64,000 nucleotides of DNA from Macrostomum hystrix (Eukaryota; Animalia; Platyhelminthes). This document shows, piece after piece, positions 56,601 to 64,000 of the stretch. The stretch is from positions 1,364,001 through 1,428,000 of the forward strand of contig CATNEN010000002.1 in NCBI GenBank assembly GCA_950097015.1. Direction: 5' to 3'. Position 1 is the first letter of the stretch, and each line of letters begins with the position of its first letter. The notes beneath the pieces were generated by a model. The model was not told the DNA's origin, did no database searches, and saw only the letters and a program-made list of their open reading frames with translations. The translations under genes and the position numbers were made by a program.

Positions 56601-59600
56601 CTCACTGCCCCCGCCTGAGCCATTCGCAATATCAGCAGACCCACACAAAGCGGGCAAGCGCTGGAGTCAATGGGCGTCTCGTTTCGAAGACTTCATTGAT
56701 GCATCAGGCATCACCAACGAGAAGCAAAGATGCAAGCTACTGAGCTACACAGCTGGCAAGGAAATCGCCGACATCATCCGTGAAAACGCCGACCTGACAG
56801 CGAAAGCACAGGCCGGCGAACTCACCCTCTCGCATACGCTTGACGCTCTAAAGTTTCACTTTAATGCTCGAAAAAACGTAGTCTTCGCTAGATACCTAGA
56901 TACCTAGATACCAGTTCCGCCTCTGCACACAGGCAGCTGGAGAATCTATTGACACATGGTACGCCAGATTGCGCACAGCTGCAGAGCCGTGTGAGTTCGA
57001 GAATCTCAAAGACTCCCTCATCAGGGACCATCTTGTGGCAACTTGCTCATCCGACAAGCTGCGCAGGCGGCTGCTCCAGGAAGCGAACATCAGCCTTGAC
57101 GAGGCGCTATGGAAGGCTAGGGCGTTTGAGGCAGCCGATGAACAGGCCACCGAGATGGAGAAGTCGGAGACGCATGTGGCGAGCGTTGCCCACAGCGATA
57201 AGGTGAAACCTGACAGAAGAGGCGCGACTCTGACGAGCAGCAGGTCCGGCGATCAGAAGCAGCTCACGTGTTACCGCTGCAGCGAGAAAGGCCACGCCAC
57301 CTGTGACGCAGCCAAAGGTAAAATCTGCCGCAACTGCGGCAAACCCAACCATCTCGCTTTGGCCTGCCGCCAGCCTTGACAGATGCACAACAACCGAACC
57401 CAGTAGCAAAGAATCAGCACTAATGCAGTCTTCAGTTCTGCTGACGGCTCCACGGAGGAAGATGTGTTTGCTCTGTACGACGGCGGCGACTACCCAGCCG
57501 ACGTCTCGCTGTCCGTACAGGTGGCAAATCAACAACTGCCCATGATGGTCGATAGCGGAGCCAGCTGTAGTATCATGAGTCTCAAAACCTTCAGGACTCT
57601 TAATCTACCGGACCTTCGTCCCACAAGAACAGAAGTCCGCGCCTACGAGGTACCGACACCTCTAAAGATTGCAGGGGTCGCCGAACTCCACATCAAAGTT
57701 GGAGCAGCCAAGACTACCGCGACATTTCACATCATGGACGGCGACGGCCTGACAATTCTGGGACGCCAGCCTGCATTCAAACTTGGAGTGCTGAAGATCC
57801 AGAGGCCACAGATCTCCGACGCGCAGGAAATTAGCGCAGTCTCTGACACGCCGTCATCGCAGTCAAACGATCCTCAACTCGACGCAATTCTTCACCGGCA
57901 CAAAAGGGCATTCAACGGCATCGGCTGCATCAAGGGCGTAGAGGTCAAAGTCCAGCTATCCGAAAATGCCATTCCGGTATGCCAGGCGCCTTCCCGGGTA
58001 GCTGCTCACCTCAAAGAAGCCGTAGTTAACGAACTCCGGGCACTAGAGAAGCAGGACATTATTGAGGCCGTCAAAGGACCAAGCGCCTGGGTATCCCGTA
58101 TGGTAGTAGTGCCCAAGACCGATGGGGGCGTCAGAATCTGCCAGGATCTCCGCGACCTCAACGCTATCGTTATACCGGAGAAACAACAGATCACCACGCT
58201 AGAAGAGATCACGGAGGAGATGGCCAACGCTAAAATTTTCAGTGAACTAGACATCCGAAAGGCGTTCTACCAGATTCCAGTTCACGAAGACAGCCGCCAT
58301 TACTTCACCTTTAGCACGCCTCTCGGACTAATGCGACTTAAAAGACTTAGCATGGGGTTCACGAATGCCTCGGAGATTTTGCAACGGATCATGCTGGGCA
58401 TCCTCAGCGATATTGAAGGCGTCCGGTGGGCGCACGATGACGTGGTGATCTACGCATCTGATTTAAAGCAACACCATAAGAGACTGGACGCGTGCCTTCA
58501 GCGCCTGCGTGAGTACGGCATCACCCTCAACAGGGACAAGTGCAGGTTCTCCCGACCGTCATTCGAGTTTCTCGGCATGCGCCTGACTGCTCGGGGCATG
58601 GAGCCAGCTGCTGAGAAAATTGAGGCCATGCAGAGCTTTCGGCAACCTGCAAACGTTTCCGACGTCCGCTCATTCCTCGGCACCGCGAACTTCTTGTCAA
58701 AATTCGTCCCAAACTTCGCTCACTTCGCCGGGCCCCTCCGTCAATTGACAAAGAAGGGCCAGGTCTGGGAGTGGACGGATAAGCACACTGCGGCATTCGA
58801 AAGCATTAAAAAAGCAATCGGCGCCGCGGAAACGCTCGCCTTCTTCGACCGCAGGCGGCAAACCGAGCTCATAGTAGACGCCTCCCCGGTCGGCCTGGGC
58901 GCCATCCTCACGCAGAGGCAGCCGGACGGCAGCAGCAGACCCGTGGCTTACGCCAGCAGAGCCCTTTCAGCAGTGGAACAGCGGTACGCGCAGATAGAGC
59001 GAGAAGCTCTGGCCATCAAATTCGGGTGCTTGAAGTTTGAACACTACCTACCCGGAGACCCAGGCTTCACTGTAGTAAGAGACCACCGACCACTCGTGCC
59101 GCTGTTCAAGCCTGGCTTTCGTCCACCGCCACGAATCGAACGGATGGCATTGCGCATCCAGCAACTTCGCTTCGATCTGATTTACCGACCCGGGCCGACC
59201 AATCCAGCCGACCTGCTAAGCCGGCAGCCACTGCCAGAACCAAGGAGGAACGTTGGTGAAGAACTTGACACCGCCTTCATCAACGCCGTGTCGGCCGGAG
59301 CTGTGCCAAAGGGCTTCAGCCCCGCTCAAGTGCGGGAAGCGTCGCGCACCGAAAGCGGCATCCAGGCGGCGCTAAGCGCCATCCGAACCGGTTAATGGAA
59401 TATCCGCGACCCGGCCCAGCGCTCCTGCAAGACCGTCAGCAACGAGCTCTCAGAGAGTGATGGCGTCCTGCTAAGGGGCGACCTCATCGTCATCCCGAAG
59501 ACACTGCGCAGGCCTGTCCTCCAACTAGCGCACACCGGCCATCTAGGCGCTGACCGAACCCTGAAGCGGCTGCAAACGAAAGTCTGGTGGCCTCGCATGC

Positions 59601-61709
59601 GCAGCGACTGCGAGAGCTTTGTTCAGTGCTGCACGCTCTGCCAGGCCGCCTCCACTGGAGCATGTCAACGCAGATCCCAGACGGTGCCTGGCTCACTCTA
59701 GGCATGGACTTCTACGGACCAGTACAGGGCCAGATGCTGCTAGTCATCACAGACCTCTACTCAAAATATCCAGAAGTCAGCTTCCTGAACTCATCGACAG
59801 CGGAGAGCGTGTGCCCGCCATTCAATTCAGCTGCTTTCCGCAGCTTCCTCACCACCTATGGCATTCGAAATCGCCTTATCTGCCCGCTCCACCCTGAATC
59901 CAATGGAGCGACAGAGCGAGTCAACCGGAGCATCGGAAAAGTCATCCAGACGGCTGTGGCCGAAGGGCGTAAGTGGAAGGAGGCCATCGAGGACTGGCTG
60001 CTGGCTTTCCGCACAACACCGCACCGAGCAACCGGCCGCGCACCCGCTGAACTCCTCATGGGCAGGAAGATGAACGATGGCATCCCGACCACTAAGCCGT
60101 CTCAGCCGGTCGAGGTGAATCATGAAGAAGTTCAAGACTGGCACCGGAATTACGTGCAAGATATGAAATCAAGATTCGATGACCGCAAGGCTGCCCAGGA
60201 GCACGGCATCATTGACGGCAGCAAAGTTCTACGAAAGCAGCAACCGCGCAACAAGCTTCAACTGCCTTTTGAGTCTTCTCCGTGGACTGTCAAGCTGGTC
60301 CAGGGAGACACGTGCGTCCTTCAACGCGGCGAACAATCGTGCATGCGACACGTCACTCAACTGCGGCCCCTGATAGAGTCCGCCGGTCAGTCTGCCGGCC
60401 ACTCTGCTGGCCAGTCCGCCGGTCAGTCCGCCGGCCAGTCCGCCGGCCAGTCTGCCGGCCACTTTGCTGGTCAGTCCGCCGGCCAGTCCGCCGGCCAGCC
60501 AACCACTAACCCTAGCGATTGTGTCGCCACACGACAGCATCCCAGGGCTGCGCGTAGCAAAATGCTTAGCTACAAACAAAAACTCATTTTGCGTGCGGCC
60601 GTATTTTCTCAAATGAGTTGCTATGTAAGATTGTGAGACTGACACCATGTAGGATTGAGACTGACACCATGAGATTGAGACTGACACCATATGAGATTGA
60701 GACTGACACCATGTCAGATTGAGACTGACACCATGTCAGATTGAGACTGACACCATGTCAGATTGAGACTGACACCATGTCAGATTGAGACTGACACCAT
60801 GAGATTGAGACTGACACCATGAGATTAAGACTGACACCATGAGATTGAGACTGACACCATGTCAGATTGAGACTGACACCATGTCAGATTGAGACTGACA
60901 CCATGTCAGATTGAGACTGACACCATGAGATTGAGAATGACACCATGAGATTAAGACTGACACCATGAGATTGAGACTGACACCATGAGATTGAGACTGA
61001 CACCATGTCAGATTGAGACTGACACCATGTCAGATTGAGACTGACACCATGTCAGATTGAGACTGACACCATGTCAGATTGAGACTGACACCATGTCAGA
61101 TTGAGACTGACACCATGTCAGATTGAGACTGACACCATGTCAGATTGAGACTGACACCATGTCAGATTGAGACTGACACCATGAGATTGAGACTGACACC
61201 ATGAGATTGAGACTGACACCATGAGATTGAGACTGACACCATGAGATTGAGACTGACACAGTGTGAGATGTTAAGCTAGAACGAGCTTGTGTTCATGTCG
61301 TATTCTTTTTATATATTTTGAGACTGAGACAGTGTGAGATCGGATGTAAGAATAGATTGTGTGAGAGACTGAGAGAGGGAATAAATTTAGTTGGAATGCT
61401 TCGAAGCGTTTTCGCTTCATTTCTAAATTCTTACCCTCTTTAGCAAAGAAGATCTTTTGGCCGACATTGTTGAGCACTACATACTTGTTGGCAGTCTCCC
61501 ATCCTATGAGAACTATAAATCGGAGGGGATGGTAGTACGGGACACTGTTCCAGTATGGCTGGAGTGATAAGCTACTAAAACACTATGCAAATTGAGTTCG
61601 TTTCAACTCACTTTCCAGCATCTCCTTCTGCTGCTTGATTAGTATCTGATTCAGTGAGGCCAAGTACTGCAAACTCGGCGGCAGCTGCAGCTGCTGCATC
61701 TGAAGATGC

Positions 61710-61765
<56 letters not shown>

Positions 61766-61807
61766 AGCATTATAGGCGTAAGCATTTGGAACAGCTTCTT
61801 GTTGCAT
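53695..61807 (-). CDS. PLSCR: Phospholipid scramblase copy B (exons 61612-61807, 61435-61512, 55466-55791, 54622-54783, 53695-53733; ~266 aa)
   Basis: Same five exons with intact splice sites and frame; three extra Gln and three amino-acid changes in exon 1. Confidence 0.92.
53840..54430. repeat. 37-bp minisatellite, copy B (shorter, different variants)
   Basis: Homologous to 42140-43060. Confidence 0.9.
54925..55450. repeat. G-rich ~27-bp minisatellite, copy B (longer)
   Basis: Homologous to 43555-43835 with roughly 245 bp more repeat. Confidence 0.88.
55815..56262. repeat. 16/32-bp minisatellite, copy B
   Basis: Homologous to 44200-44665. Confidence 0.9.
56366..60629 (+). mobile_element. 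Decayed Mag-like Gypsy element, copy B
   Basis: Near-identical to copy A at offset 11598 with the same lesions, plus an extra TAG just after the gag stop and more 12-bp SAGQ repeats. Confidence 0.9.
60632..61262. repeat. 20/22-bp minisatellite, copy B (expanded)
   Basis: About 630 bp versus ~250 bp in copy A. Confidence 0.92.
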
Positions 61808-62124
61808 GATGCTGGTATACTGTTGTATATTGTGAAAAGTTATCTAAGTTTGAGCTACAAAAATAGGTCAGACTCTCAAAAGGTGCAGACTTCGAATGTG
61901 TCTCAGAGACTCGAATTTGTGTGCTCAATGCTGTACAAAAGGCGTAAGGAAATGTTTGCTTATGAGCTCTGCTCGAAAACTATCGCACGCGGCACAACGG
62001 AATTGCTTGACAAACTTCCATATCGTCTGTTTCTTAGTACTTTAGGGTAGAATTTTATGTTCTACTGAGGCACCATCGATCTTATTGTCTATGGAAAATC
62101 TTCTCTCTGGCTTTTCAGATAAGG

Positions 62125-62297
62125 CAGAATCTTAGCAAATCTTTGGCGAGGATGCACCTTCGAAACAAACTGTGTCAAAGTGGTTGCGGCGCTTTGAGGA
62201 CGGCTGGGAGACAGTTGATGATGCTCCCCGCCCAGGTGCACCGCGGTCATCCACTTCCAGTGATCGACAACATCCAGCGTGTGCAGTTACGCTCTGG
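62125..62297 (+). mobile_element. mariner fragment, second copy
   Basis: Matches 50118-50290 at offset 12007. Confidence 0.8.
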
Positions 62298-62313
62298 ACA
62301 TCACTTGAGTCCT

Positions 62314-62457
62314 CGCAATAGAAGCCTGGGTCTGCCAGCCTAGTCGATGGTCCGATCAAATGGCGATTAGCGGCGGCGATGACTGCCTTTTGAAGCTGTG
62401 GGATCGGCGGAGGCAACATGCCAGCCACTCTCTAAGGTGAGCTTTTGCCGAGCCAGT
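62314..62457 (+). pseudogene. DPH7: Displaced 3' half of DPH7 exon 3 (junction J2)
   Basis: Same junction sequence as J1 at offset 12007. Confidence 0.93.
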
Positions 62458-62461
62458 AAAT

Positions 62462-64000
62462 CCCTTATAAATCCCTGAATCTTCAACTGTAATCCCTGAA
62501 TCTTCAACTGTAATCCCTGAATCTTCAACTGTAATGCCTGAATCTTCAACTGTAATCCCTGAATCTTCAACTGTAATCCCTGAATCTTCAACTGTAATCC
62601 TTGAATATTCAACTGTAATCCCTGAATATTCAACTGTAATTCCTGAATCTTCAACTGTAATGCCTGAATCTTCAACTGTAATCCCTGAATCTTCAACTGT
62701 AATCCCTGAATCTTCAACTGTAATGCCTGAATCTTCAACTGTAATCCCTGAATCTTCAACTGTAATCCCTGAATCTTCAACTGTAATCCCTGAATCTTCC
62801 AGTGTAAATCCCTGAATCTTCAACTGTAATCCCTGAATCTTCAACTGTAATGCCTGAATCTTCAACTGTAATCCCTGAATCTTCAACTGTAATCCCTGAA
62901 TCTTCAACTGTAATCCCTGAATCTTCAACTGTAATCCCTGAATCTTCAACTGTAATCCCTGAATCTTCAACTGTAATCCCTGAATCTTCAACTGTAATCC
63001 CTGAATCTTCAACTGTAATCCCTGAATCTTCAACTGTAATGCCTGAATCTTCAACTGTAATCCCTGAATCTTCAACTGTAATCCCTGAATCTTCAACTGT
63101 AATCCCTGAATCTTCAACTGTAATCCCTGAATCTTCAACTGTAATCCCTGAATCTTCAACTGTAATGCCTGAATCTTCAACTGTAATCCCTGAATCTTCA
63201 ACTGTAATGCCTGAATCTTCAACTGTAATCCCTGAATCTTCAACTGTAATCCCTGAATCTTCAACTGTAATGCCTGAATCTTCAACTGTAATCCCTGAAT
63301 CTTCAACTGTAATCCCTGAATCTTCAACTGTAATCCCTGAATCTTCAACTGTAATCCCTGAATCTTCAACTGTAATCCCTGAATCTTCAACTGTAATCCC
63401 TGAATCTTCAACTGTAATCCCTGAATCTTCAACTGTAATGCCTGAATCTTCAACTGTAACCCCTGAATCTTCAACTGTAATCCCTGAATCTTCAACTGTA
63501 ATCCCTGAATCTTCAACTGTAATCCCTGAATCTTCAACTGTAATGCCTGAATCTTCAACTGTAATCCCTGAATATTCAACTGTAATCCCTGAATATTCAA
63601 CTGCAATCCCTGAATCTTCATTGTGAGCCCTGAATCTTCAGTGTGAGCCCTGAATCTTCAGTGTTATTCTTGAATCTGTTGATCCCTGAATCTTCAGTGT
63701 GAGCCCTGAATCTTCAGTGTGAGCCCTGAATCTTCAGTGTGAGCCCTGAATCTTCAGTGTTATTCTTGAATCTGTTGATCCCTGAATCTTCAGTGTGAGC
63801 CCTGAATCTTCAGTGTGAGCCCTGAATCTTCAGTGTTATTCTTGAATCTGTTGATCCCTGAATCTTCAGTGTTAGCCCTGAATCTTCCAGTGTGATCCCT
63901 GAATCTTCCGTGTGAGCCCTGAATCTTCAGTGTGAGCCCTGAATCTTCAGTGTGAGCCCTGAATCTTCAACTGTAATCCCTGAATCTTAAGTGTTATTCT
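62462..64000. repeat. 21/20-bp minisatellite starting a third duplication unit
   Basis: The first ~350 bp share the variant string of 50455-50810; runs off the window. Confidence 0.95.

Larger units (their letters stand above)
40391..64000. repeat. Tandem segmental duplication, period ~12 kb (unit A to 50306, unit B 50307-62313, unit C from 62314)
   Basis: Collinear duplicated exons, arrays and retroelement, with offsets of 11369-12007 that vary with minisatellite length. Confidence 0.95.

Overview
Eukaryotic, intron-containing animal DNA. Nearly every intron and spacer holds its own minisatellite; this style suggests a flatworm such as Macrostomum, which is an inference only. From left to right: (1) A minus-strand run of three genes: a divergent TRIP4/ASC-1-like gene, an unknown tail-anchored protein with Bcl-2-like motifs, and adenylosuccinate synthetase, which runs off the window. 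(2) An AT-rich spacer with a SINE and a 1.6-kb inverted-repeat element. (3) A complete, very young 9.36-kb Ty3/Gypsy LTR retrotransposon on the minus strand, with 859-bp LTRs, a TATT target duplication, a tRNA-Leu PBS and a GGGAAAC -1 frameshift site. It has a ~350-aa repeat-bearing insert between RNase H and integrase, and a non-env accessory ORF behind its own splice acceptor. (4) A plus-strand run of CNOT10, a C2H2-like zinc-finger gene and DPH7. DPH7 has no genomic start ATG and may take its AUG from a trans-spliced leader. (5) A convergent phospholipid scramblase gene with a decayed Mag-like Gypsy element in intron 2. It lies in a ~12-kb tandem segmental duplication (two full units plus the start of a third) with a complex junction that amplifies the scramblase intact but fragments DPH7. 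Exon boundaries were worked out by hand from GT/AG sites, phase and remembered homology; no database search was run.
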